Source of the DNA: Allosphingosinicella sp.
Lineage (GTDB): Bacteria > Pseudomonadota > Alphaproteobacteria > Sphingomonadales > Sphingomonadaceae
Length of the DNA stretch: 64,000 nt
Direction of reading: 5' to 3'
NCBI GenBank assembly: GCA_035248285.1
Contig: DATFHP010000029.1
Span: 505-64,504 of the forward strand
In this document: positions 38,745 through 47,190 of the stretch, in pieces
How positions within the stretch are numbered: position 1 is the first letter of the stretch
How the letters are laid out: every line of letters starts with the position of its first letter
Program-made: the position numbers and the translations under genes
Notes under the pieces: model-generated
Database searches by the model: none
What the model saw: only the letters and a program-made list of their open reading frames with translations
Told to the model about the DNA's origin: nothing

Positions 38745-39284
38745 ATGGCGGAAGAAACTTCAGCGACAGCCAAATGGTCGGGCTTCCCTGAGGGTCGGTT
38801 GAAACTGCTGGCTCGGCAGTTGATGTCGTTTTTCCGGCGCGGCGGCAGCAACGCGAGCGACGCCGAGGACCTGACCCAGGCCGTGTTCCTAAGATTGGCC
38901 AATCAGGTGCATGCGCGGCAGGAGCGATCGGATGGTTACGTCTTCACCATCGCGCGCAACTTGCAACGCGACAGCCAGAGACGTGGACGGGTCCGGCGGA
39001 GGGACGGGCGTCCGGTCGATGCCGATATCTATCCCCTGATCCATGGTGGCGGTGATGGTCTGGACCCCGAGCGCGTTCTTATAAGTAAGCAAGATGCGCA
39101 GCAATTACTTGAAGGGTTGGCCGAACTCCCGGCCCGTGCCCGCGAAATATTGCTGTTGTATCGATTGGAAGGAAAGTCGCAGCGGGAAATTGCAACGCAA
39201 TTGGGCCTTTCCCTCAGTGCCGTGGAAAAGAATGTTGCTCGGGCGATGCTGCATCTGGCGCAAAAATTGGACAGGGACAGATGA
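38745..39284 (+). CDS. ECF (FecI-type) RNA polymerase sigma factor
   Basis: Region 2 DAEDLTQAVFLRL and region 4 GKSQREIATQLGLSLSAVEKNVARA. AGGAGAGG upstream. ATGA overlap with the next gene. Confidence 0.9.
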   Translation: MAEETSATAKWSGFPEGRLKLLARQLMSFFRRGGSNASDAEDLTQAVFLRLANQVHARQERSDGYVFTIARNLQRDSQRRGRVRRRDGRPVDADIYPLIHGGGDGLDPERVLISKQDAQQLLEGLAELPARAREILLLYRLEGKSQREIATQLGLSLSAVEKNVARAMLHLAQKLDRDR

Positions 39285-40321
39285 ACCGACAGCGCCCGCC
39301 CATTGAAGACGCCGATCGGGAACGGGGCGCCATTCTATTCTTGAAGGCCCGGTCTTCGCGGCATTCCGGGGCGGCCGGAGAGCTCGACCGTTGGGCTCGC
39401 GGCGATGTCGACAGGCAATCCCTGATCGAGACCCTGAGCCGGGTGTGGGATGGGATGGGGGCGATAAGCAACGTACCCGCAGTCGAGCGGTGGCGGGCGG
39501 ATGCGAATGCCAAGGCTGTGCGATCGGCCTGGGCCACTCGCCGCCGCTTCGCGCTTGCAGCAAGCATTTTGCTGACGGTCGGGCTGGGTTTCGTGCTCGC
39601 GCGCACGATATCGCCCGGATCGGCAGCCGAGACGGAATATGCAACATCGATAGGGGAGCGCAAGGAGTTGAGGCTCGCGGATGGATCTTTTCTCTCGCTC
39701 GATGCCAGATCACGCGTGGCGGTCAGTTTCGATTCCGGTGAGAGGGTCGCGCGGTTGCTGCAGGGCCAGGCGCGCTTTCGCGTCGCGCATGATCCGCATC
39801 GTCCGTTCCACGTCGAGGTCGCGGGGGAGGACGTTCGGGCATTGGGAACAGACTTCAATATCGCGACCGAAGGGCGGAGGCTGGCGATAAGCCTGATATC
39901 CGGAGCCGTGCTCATCTCCCGGATTGAAGAGCGTTCGACGCTGTTCGGATTGGCTCGGATCGCGGAGAGAACGCCGATCGTGACCTTGAAGCCCGGCGAA
40001 CAATTCGAACGTAACGCCCAAGGCCGCTTGCATGTGCGCCGTTTCGATCCGCAGGTCGTCAACGCGTGGCAGAACGGACGGCTGGTGTTCGACAGCCTGC
40101 CGCTCTCCGAAGCCGTCGCCCTCGTCAACCGTTATTCGCGGCGCCAGATCGTGCTCGATCCAGCCTTGCCGGCGGTCGAGATGAGCGGCGTTTTTGACGC
40201 CGGCGACGGCCTGCCCTTTGCCGAGGCAGCTACAAGCTATCTGCCCGGAGCCTTCCTGCAGGCTTCTGCTACGCGGCTCGTCATCAGCAAGCGACAACAG
40301 GCATCTTTAGCTGCGAGGTGA
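39281..40321 (+). CDS. FecR family anti-sigma factor / transmembrane sensor
   Basis: N-terminal anti-sigma segment, one TM (FALAASILLTVGLGFVLA), and a FecR domain (ERKELRLADGSFLSLDARSRVAV). Confidence 0.9.
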   Translation: MNRQRPPIEDADRERGAILFLKARSSRHSGAAGELDRWARGDVDRQSLIETLSRVWDGMGAISNVPAVERWRADANAKAVRSAWATRRRFALAASILLTVGLGFVLARTISPGSAAETEYATSIGERKELRLADGSFLSLDARSRVAVSFDSGERVARLLQGQARFRVAHDPHRPFHVEVAGEDVRALGTDFNIATEGRRLAISLISGAVLISRIEERSTLFGLARIAERTPIVTLKPGEQFERNAQGRLHVRRFDPQVVNAWQNGRLVFDSLPLSEAVALVNRYSRRQIVLDPALPAVEMSGVFDAGDGLPFAEAATSYLPGAFLQASATRLVISKRQQASLAAR

Positions 40322-40396
40322 GGGAGCCCGCACGACGCGCGTTCTATAGGCTGGGAGGGGCAAGCAAGACCCCTTTGCCGATGGAGGGGGCTGAGG

Positions 40397-42964
40397 ATGC
40401 GGATTTATTCGTCACTGGGTGCTGCACATGTCTTTGCGGTCTGCGGTTTGGTTGTCGCGTCTCCGGCACAGGCGGGCGGCGCGAGCTTTTCGATCGAACC
40501 AATGCCGCTCGCTGCTGCGCTGAAGCTTTATGCGATGCAATCCGGCGATCAGATCCTGGTTCCAACCGATTTGGCCGGATCGATCCGCAGCGAGGGTGCG
40601 CGCGGCCAGCTAAGCCGCAATGAGGCGCTGAAGAAGATTCTCAAGGGAACCAAAATCGAAGCTGTACGGTCGAGAAACGGCATCGTTTCCTTCCGCAGGA
40701 TTGCGTTGAACGAAGGACCGTCGCCGCAATATCGCGAGCCGGCGCTCCGAGAGCCCGCGCCGCAAGAACCGGCCTCTGTCGCGATGCACGAGAACGCGGG
40801 CGTCGAAGAAATTGTCGTCACTGCCAACAAGCGTGAAGAAAACATTCAGCACGTTCCAATCGCCATCACGGTAGTGAGCGGGGCAAGGTTGGAAGCGAAT
40901 GGGATCGAAGACACTCGGGATCTCCCGCAAGTTGTTTCCGGACTCACGATTTTCAACAATGTCGATGGAACAAATGCCTATCTTCGTGGTGTCGGCACCA
41001 ATACTGTGGGTGCCGGGTCTGAAAACTCCGTCGCCACTTACGTCGACAATGTATACATGATGAGCACGATGGGCGGCTTGGTCCAGCTCAGCAGTATCAA
41101 GCAAATTGAAGTCCTTAAGGGTCCGCAGGGAACGCTGTTCGGCCGTAATGCAACAGGCGGCGTCATCAACATCCGTACGCTGGATCCACAGCACGAACCA
41201 AGCGGTAATCTGACCGTCGGTTATGGAAATTACAACACATTTACGGGTAAGGTCTATTTGACCTCCGGCATTACCGAGCATCTGGCCGCCGATATCGCCG
41301 GTTTTGTCTCGCTCCAAGGCGATGGCTGGGGAAAGAACCTCTTCGACGGAAAAGACGTAGGGAAATCTGACCAATATGCAATACGCTCCAAGTGGCTGTA
41401 CGAGCCCGGGGATCGCGATCAATTTCGGCTGATCGGCGATTATTCGGTCCTGAAGGGCAGTCCGTACAGCACTGCTCCGCTTCCAGGCACGGCCGTCAAT
41501 TACGGACCGGGCAACACCACGGCTGGAGAGCGGCCTGACCTTGCGCCTTATCTTGGCGGAGCCCTGGCACCTTTTGCGGTGGTGGGTGATCCCTACGTGT
41601 TCCAGGGCGGATTCTACGATACCGACGTGGTGTTGCAACCCCGTAGCCGCGTGAGGACTGGCGGCGGCAGCCTGCAATGGGATCATGAGTTCGACGGTCT
41701 GAAGCTGATGAGCGTCACTGCCTACCGCCGCGCCGAGTTCGGCGACGGACATATCGTCCAGAATGTGTCGGTCCCGGCCTTCCGTTCCGGCGCGCTTCTC
41801 ACGCAGACGGACACTCAGTTTTCGCAAGAGCTTCAGTTGGGATCCATCAACGGGGCGCGGATACCCTGGGTTGTCGGCCTCTATTATATAAGCGGAGAGG
41901 GAAAATATCCCGACTTCAGAATCACCGGCTCCATATTGACGCCGCTGGAAACGCTGGGCTTTCATGCTACCGTCACCGCGAAATCTGGTGCGGCGTTTGG
42001 GCAGGTTACCGCGCCTCTGTGGTCGGGCGCCGATCTGACGGTGGGATTGCGATATACGATCGAGCGGCGTGGAATTAGCGGGGACACTTTCGTTACATTA
42101 TTGCCTGAGTTCGGCGGCTTCACCCAGATCACTCCGGCCCAAAGCAAGCACACCACGTTCCGCAAGCTGACTTGGCGTATATCGCTCGACCAGCAGCTGG
42201 CTCCTGGCGTCCTGGGATATGTCTCCTACAATCGCGGCTTCAAAAGTGGGCTCTACAATACGGTTCCTCCGGGCGGCGATCCCATCGAGCCGGAGGTGCT
42301 TGACGCCTATGAGATCGGCCTCAAATCGGACTTGCTCGACCGCAAGCTGCGCCTGAATCTCGCCGCCTTTTATTACGACTATAAGAATCTGCAGGTCCTG
42401 GTCTTCACGCCCATATCCTCGTTGCTCGACAACGGTGCCCGCGCGCGTCTGTATGGTTTGGATCTCGATTTTACCGCCAGAATTGGAGGCCATCTCACGC
42501 TGACGGGCGGTGCGAGCGTGATGGACTCGGAGTTCACGTCCTATCCGCAGGCTGCCTTTTATCTTCTGCAGCCCGCTTCGGCCGGTGGAGGCGCCATCCA
42601 GGAGATTCACAGCGCCAAGGGCAACAAGCTTCCCTATGCGCCGGATTTCACATTCAACGCGGGGGCCAACTATTCCATTCCGATTGGAAGCGGGAAGGCG
42701 GATTTCAATCTGAACTACAGCTATTCCAGCAAGTGGTATCCCAACGCCGGCAATTCTATTTCGAGACCATCCAATGGCCTCCTCGATGTGTCGGCGAATT
42801 ACCTATTCCCTGGTGACAAATGGAATTTAGGCATATGGGCAAGAAACATAACCAATGAAAAATATTACGTGACCGTAAGCGTAACAGGAAATCCTGGAGG
42901 GTTCGCTTCTGGTATTGCCGGGGCTCCGCGAACTTATGGTGCAAAGATAGGATATAAGTTCTAG
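40397..42964 (+). CDS. TonB-dependent receptor with N-terminal STN signalling domain (FecA-type transducer)
   Basis: Signal peptide, STN domain (FSIEPMPLAAALKLYAMQSGDQILV), plug EEIVVTANKREENIQHVPIAITVV, terminal ...GYKF. Confidence 0.95.
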   Translation: MRIYSSLGAAHVFAVCGLVVASPAQAGGASFSIEPMPLAAALKLYAMQSGDQILVPTDLAGSIRSEGARGQLSRNEALKKILKGTKIEAVRSRNGIVSFRRIALNEGPSPQYREPALREPAPQEPASVAMHENAGVEEIVVTANKREENIQHVPIAITVVSGARLEANGIEDTRDLPQVVSGLTIFNNVDGTNAYLRGVGTNTVGAGSENSVATYVDNVYMMSTMGGLVQLSSIKQIEVLKGPQGTLFGRNATGGVINIRTLDPQHEPSGNLTVGYGNYNTFTGKVYLTSGITEHLAADIAGFVSLQGDGWGKNLFDGKDVGKSDQYAIRSKWLYEPGDRDQFRLIGDYSVLKGSPYSTAPLPGTAVNYGPGNTTAGERPDLAPYLGGALAPFAVVGDPYVFQGGFYDTDVVLQPRSRVRTGGGSLQWDHEFDGLKLMSVTAYRRAEFGDGHIVQNVSVPAFRSGALLTQTDTQFSQELQLGSINGARIPWVVGLYYISGEGKYPDFRITGSILTPLETLGFHATVTAKSGAAFGQVTAPLWSGADLTVGLRYTIERRGISGDTFVTLLPEFGGFTQITPAQSKHTTFRKLTWRISLDQQLAPGVLGYVSYNRGFKSGLYNTVPPGGDPIEPEVLDAYEIGLKSDLLDRKLRLNLAAFYYDYKNLQVLVFTPISSLLDNGARARLYGLDLDFTARIGGHLTLTGGASVMDSEFTSYPQAAFYLLQPASAGGGAIQEIHSAKGNKLPYAPDFTFNAGANYSIPIGSGKADFNLNYSYSSKWYPNAGNSISRPSNGLLDVSANYLFPGDKWNLGIWARNITNEKYYVTVSVTGNPGGFASGIAGAPRTYGAKIGYKF

Positions 42965-43034
42965 ATCTTTCGTCTTCATCCAGAAAGGACGGAAAACAAA
43001 AACTGCTAGCGTATAGCTATAGGAGAAATGGAAA

Positions 43035-44207
43035 ATGACCCATCCTCTGATTTCTGCCGATCTCCACATGACCGATCCATCGAATCTGTTCATTGATCGC
43101 ATGCCGAAGAATCTTCGCGATCGCGCGATTCGTATCGAATATTCCAGCGCTACCGAGGCGATCATCCGACTTCCCGGTCTTCCAAACATCATCGGCAGCC
43201 GCGACTTCCCTAACAAGCATTGGGATCCTTTCGATCCGGCAAGCGATCCGGTGGCAGCCGCGATCAAGGATCTGGACGAGGACGGCGTGGCGGCGGCGCT
43301 TCTGTTTCCGAACGCCGGTCTGCTCGCCATGTTTCAGCCGGATCACGAAGTCGCGCTCGCGCACGCACGCGCCTTCAACGACTATGTTGCCGAGAATTAC
43401 AGCCCGCACTCCGATCGCTTCCTGACCGCGGCGGGGATTCCCCTGACTGACATCGACGACGCGCTTGCGGAGATTGAGCGGGTGGCTCGGAGAGGTTATC
43501 GGGCGCTCTTGCTGCCGAGCGGGCCGCCCAAGCCATATGATTCGCCCGAATACGAGCCGATATGGTCCGCGGCCAGCGCCAACGGGATGGTAATCGCCAT
43601 TCATCAAGGAACCGGCGAGACTCTTGGAGATCCCTTGTTGCCCAAGAGTGAGGCCGGCGCTCTCGCGCGTGCGATGCGGTTCCGCGTTTTCGTCGGCGAT
43701 CCTTTCAAGCTCAGGATCATGGAACTGGTGGGCGGCGGCGTTCTCGAACGTCATCCAAACCTCCACTTCATTTTCGTCGAATCCAACGCCTTTTGGCTGG
43801 CCGGCCTGATGGCGGCGATGGACGATGCTTTCGTACCAGGCGTGGGGGTCAAGCCCGACGGAGGCGTCGCATTCACGACCAACGATAAAGGCGAGCCGAA
43901 CTGGGTGACCTTCTTCGATAACAAATGGCCTTATCCGCTGCTGCCCAGCGATTATGTTCGTCGCCAGGTCCATGCGTCCTTTCAGCAGGATTTGGTTGCG
44001 ATCGCGAACCGGCATTATACGGGTGTGGACTGTCTGGTATGGGGCTCAGATTATCCTCATCCCGAAGGCACCAATCTTCAAAGCCGGCAGTCGGTCGCAT
44101 TCCAGTTCGAAGGCGTCCCGGAGGCCGAGCGGGCGGCGATGACCGGCGGTACGCTCGCCAAGCTCTTCAAGTTTGAAGCCGCGGCCGTTGACGCCGGCGC
44201 CTCCTAA
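43035..44207 (+). CDS. Amidohydrolase_2 family metal-dependent hydrolase
   Basis: ISADLHMTDPSNLF N-terminus, WGSDYPHPEG near the C-terminus. AGGAG upstream. Confidence 0.8.
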   Translation: MTHPLISADLHMTDPSNLFIDRMPKNLRDRAIRIEYSSATEAIIRLPGLPNIIGSRDFPNKHWDPFDPASDPVAAAIKDLDEDGVAAALLFPNAGLLAMFQPDHEVALAHARAFNDYVAENYSPHSDRFLTAAGIPLTDIDDALAEIERVARRGYRALLLPSGPPKPYDSPEYEPIWSAASANGMVIAIHQGTGETLGDPLLPKSEAGALARAMRFRVFVGDPFKLRIMELVGGGVLERHPNLHFIFVESNAFWLAGLMAAMDDAFVPGVGVKPDGGVAFTTNDKGEPNWVTFFDNKWPYPLLPSDYVRRQVHASFQQDLVAIANRHYTGVDCLVWGSDYPHPEGTNLQSRQSVAFQFEGVPEAERAAMTGGTLAKLFKFEAAAVDAGAS

Positions 44208-44219
44208 AGGCTGTCCTGT

Positions 44220-44465
44220 TTAGACAGAAGCATAGCTGACGCGACTACGCATCGGGCCAGACGTCTTCATGGACGGGCATGGCGACCGTGGTTCCACCAT
44301 CGAAAGCCACGCTTCGATGCGGACGTCAGCCGTGTCCGTGCCGAACCATATCCTGCCAAGGCGCTTCGCTTCGTCCCCGGCCGCATACAGGCTCGGGAGG
44401 TCCTTATTCGCATATTCGTGCCAGCACGCTTCCGGTCGGACGCCATAAGAACTGTAGCGAGGCAT
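44220..44465 (-). CDS. Orphan small protein, copy 1 (MPRYSSYGVR...), possibly frameshifted
   Basis: Paralog of 45850..46071. About two thirds of the first 52 residues are identical by eye. Similarity to copy 2 continues in another frame after about codon 52, implying a 1-nt indel. Confidence 0.45.
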   Translation of the reverse strand: MPRYSSYGVRPEACWHEYANKDLPSLYAAGDEAKRLGRIWFGTDTADVRIEAWLSMVEPRSPCPSMKTSGPMRSRVSYASV

Positions 44466-44531
44466 GATAACCGCTCCGGCCAATCTTCGTCTGAGCCGGT
44501 GAGTGGCAGGATATTGTGGCGTTCGCGCGAT

Positions 44532-44603
44532 GGCTATGAGGCATTCTCCCGCTGCTATGCCGGCGCCGAGCAGATGGTCGAATCGCACCAGACGGCGTCC
44601 TGA
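44532..44603 (+). pseudogene. Remnant of the 3' end of a sugar-phosphate isomerase paralog
   Basis: ggctatgaggcattctcccgctgctatgccggcgccgagcagatggtcgaa matches 38424-38474 with 3 mismatches in 51 nt. It ends in TGA like the intact gene (GYEAFSRCYA..QMVE). Confidence 0.6.
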
Positions 44604-44734
44604 TCGCGAGACCCTAAGCATTTCAGAGCGCTTGTCGCACACGGGTGGCGAGGACATGGGAATTTGCACGTTTGCCACGCAGTGGTTTAGTCGCTGCAAC
44701 CGATTCAACCGCCGCCGGCCATTGGAGTTGTGTT

Positions 44735-45802
44735 ATGAAATATCTGAGAAATTGTTGGTATCTCGCGGCGTGGGATGAGGAATTGCCCAAGGGCGGTACG
44801 ATCGCGCGGACCTATCTCGACGTGCCTGTGGCGCTCTACCGGAGCGAAGAAGGGACCTTGGCAGCATTGATGGACCGTTGCCCCCACCGATTTGCGCCGC
44901 TCAGCGGCGGAAAGCTGGTCGGCGAGGGGATTCAATGTCCCTACCATGGCCTCGAATTCGGATCGGATGGCAAGTGCGTGCGAAATCCTCACGGTCCTTT
45001 GCTGCGCGGCGCAACGGTTCCATCTTATCCGGTGGCCGAGGCGTACCGCGGCATCTGGATCTGGATGGGAGATGCCGATCGCGCGGACCCTGCGACCATC
45101 CCTGACTTGAGCTTCCTGGGCGATGCGCCGGACAGCGCCTTTAGCTCCGGCTATCTACATGGATTGGCGAACTATGAGCTTTTCGTCGATAACATCATGG
45201 ACCTAACCCACACCGACTATCTCCATGCCAATAGTATCGCCGGAACCGGCATGGTCAACAAAGCCGAGGGCAAGGTTCGGGAACTTGGCAATTCGGTCGA
45301 GGCGACTTGGCTTGGCAAGAATCTTCCTCTTTCGTCCTTCCATTCGGCTCTTCTGCCCGGCTTGGATCGGGCGGACTCGCTAACCCGGGTAACGTGGCAT
45401 GCGCCGGGAATCATGAACCTTCTGTTCTCGATCATCCCGCGTGGCGAAACCGAAGTGGAGGGGTTCGCAAACCTCAACGCCCATCTCCTGACCCCCGAGA
45501 CCGCCACTTCCTCGCATTACTTTTTTGCCGCCACCAGGAACTTCCGTAAAGATGATGCGGAATTGAACCAGACGATCGCACGCACCCGCGAGTCGGTGTT
45601 CCGCACGGAGGACGGGCCGACGCTCGAAGCGGTGCAAAGGCGTATGGGGCAGACGGATTTCTGGTCAATGAAGCCGCTGCTTCTGAGCGTGGACGAAGGC
45701 GCGGTGAGGGCACGGCGCATTCTGAAGCGAATGATCGAAGCGGAGGGCGGCTGCGAAGAAGCCGTCACGAAAGAATGGTCGAATAGTCTGGCGCCGGGCT
45801 GA
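44735..45802 (+). CDS. Rieske oxygenase of the VanA/phthalate-family (class IA-type) monooxygenase/demethylase
   Basis: MKYLRNCWYLAAWDEEL, Rieske CPHRFAPL...CPYHGLEF, iron motif NIMDLTHTDYLH. GGAG upstream of ATG 44735. Confidence 0.9.
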   Translation: MKYLRNCWYLAAWDEELPKGGTIARTYLDVPVALYRSEEGTLAALMDRCPHRFAPLSGGKLVGEGIQCPYHGLEFGSDGKCVRNPHGPLLRGATVPSYPVAEAYRGIWIWMGDADRADPATIPDLSFLGDAPDSAFSSGYLHGLANYELFVDNIMDLTHTDYLHANSIAGTGMVNKAEGKVRELGNSVEATWLGKNLPLSSFHSALLPGLDRADSLTRVTWHAPGIMNLLFSIIPRGETEVEGFANLNAHLLTPETATSSHYFFAATRNFRKDDAELNQTIARTRESVFRTEDGPTLEAVQRRMGQTDFWSMKPLLLSVDEGAVRARRILKRMIEAEGGCEEAVTKEWSNSLAPG

Positions 45803-45849
45803 CGAGAGCGGGCGCTTGTCTCGACGGAGACCACCGTCGTGGGGCGCGG

Positions 45850-46071
45850 CTATGGGTCGAGCCAGATATTTTCATGGACGGGAACTATGAGCACGGTACC
45901 GCCATCAAAATCCACGACCTCTATACGGGCGCCCGTCGTTTCGGTGCCAAACCATCGCTTGCCAAGGCATTTTGCTTCTTCCCTGGCCGTGCGCAGGCTG
46001 GGAAGGTCCTTGTTCGCATATTCATGCCGGGAATTGCCCTGTCGGACGCCGTAAAAACTATAGCGAGGCAT
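45850..46071 (-). CDS. Orphan small protein, copy 2 (MPRYSFYGVR..., 73 aa)
   Basis: Intact paralog of copy 1. CCGGAGCG lies upstream of the ATG, and the ~70 nt upstream is conserved with copy 1. Confidence 0.55.
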   Translation of the reverse strand: MPRYSFYGVRQGNSRHEYANKDLPSLRTAREEAKCLGKRWFGTETTGARIEVVDFDGGTVLIVPVHENIWLDP

Positions 46072-46225
46072 GGGGATCGCTCCGGTAGATCTTCCGAGCC
46101 GCGCCATGGCAGCATATTATGACGTTCCTGCGAAAGACGCGTCATCTCGGCTCCGAAGATCTACCGGCGTCCCGTCCTCGTTTCATGCTCGCGCAAGCGG
46201 CTGAAGCAGCGGCGTGAAGCCCAGG

Positions 46226-46819
46226 CTATTGCTGCTCGGATTGGGCGGCGAACACCGGCCGCTTGTCCATCTGTCTCGACCGCTCCACTCGAGTGCCGTC
46301 CTCCAGAGCCGCCAGCAGCCGGTACATGAACACCTCCCCCGCAGCTCGAACGGTTTTTGGCAGCGTCTTCAGGGATTTCACGAGCAGCGCATCCCGTGCA
46401 AGCTCGTCGGTCGCCGCATCGGCAACCTGGAGGCCCTTGGGCGTCAGATGGACTTGAAAGCCGGCCGCATAACCCGGGTCAGGAAGGCGTTCGACAAGAT
46501 CGAGCGCTTTGAGCCGATCGACCTGCTTGGTGATCGCGCCGGACGTGACCAGCAACGCGCGGAAAAGGTCGGTGGGCCGGAGCGCATAGGGCTTGCCGTT
46601 GCGCCGAAGCGCCAGCAACACGCGCATGTCCGCAGCCGAGATGTCGAAATGCGTCCGGCACATTCGATCGAAGGATGAGTCCAGCATCCGGCCCATGCGG
46701 TGCATCACGATTCCCAGCAGAAAGTCGCTGAGATCGAGATCGGGGCGTTCGGATATCCATGACGAAAGTAAATCCTCGATGTCCCGATTGGTCGACCGAT
46801 CCGAATTCCGTTTTCCCAT
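46226..46819 (-). CDS. MarR family transcriptional regulator
   Basis: wHTH LRPTDLFRALLVTSGAITKQVDRLKALDLVERLPDP. Confidence 0.9.
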   Translation of the reverse strand: MGKRNSDRSTNRDIEDLLSSWISERPDLDLSDFLLGIVMHRMGRMLDSSFDRMCRTHFDISAADMRVLLALRRNGKPYALRPTDLFRALLVTSGAITKQVDRLKALDLVERLPDPGYAAGFQVHLTPKGLQVADAATDELARDALLVKSLKTLPKTVRAAGEVFMYRLLAALEDGTRVERSRQMDKRPVFAAQSEQQ

Positions 46820-47004
46820 GTTCGCCCAGCGCTTTCATATTGATTTGGCCTGTGCGCTCATAGCAGTTTTCTCTTCCAACCGTTTCCACGATTGACGCTG
46901 AGAACCGGACGAGCGCGCGGCGCCCGCTATAGGAGACAAGGGGTGCATCAAGCCACTGCGGATCGCTCATTTGGCGCGCGGGCGATTGCGACGATATCGA
47001 GTCC

Positions 47005-47044
47005 TAAAGCGGGATGCGATTGGATCGAAGCGCATCCCGCTTTA
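47005..47044. repeat. REP-like hairpin (GCGGGATGCG family)
   Basis: taaagcgggatgcg-attggatcgaag-cgcatcccgcttta, a 14-bp perfect stem, located between the TonB receptor stop and the marR start. Confidence 0.85.
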
Positions 47045-47190
47045 GAAACATGTGTTGCCGCAGGATTTTTGCGAAAATTGAGCAGGTACAGCCTGCCCCC
47101 GGCAGTCTGTGGCCACGTCTGGGAGACGCGGCGACCTGCATCGATGGTTCCCGTTGCGCAGGCACAGCCGCGCAACTTTCGCATCCTGTT

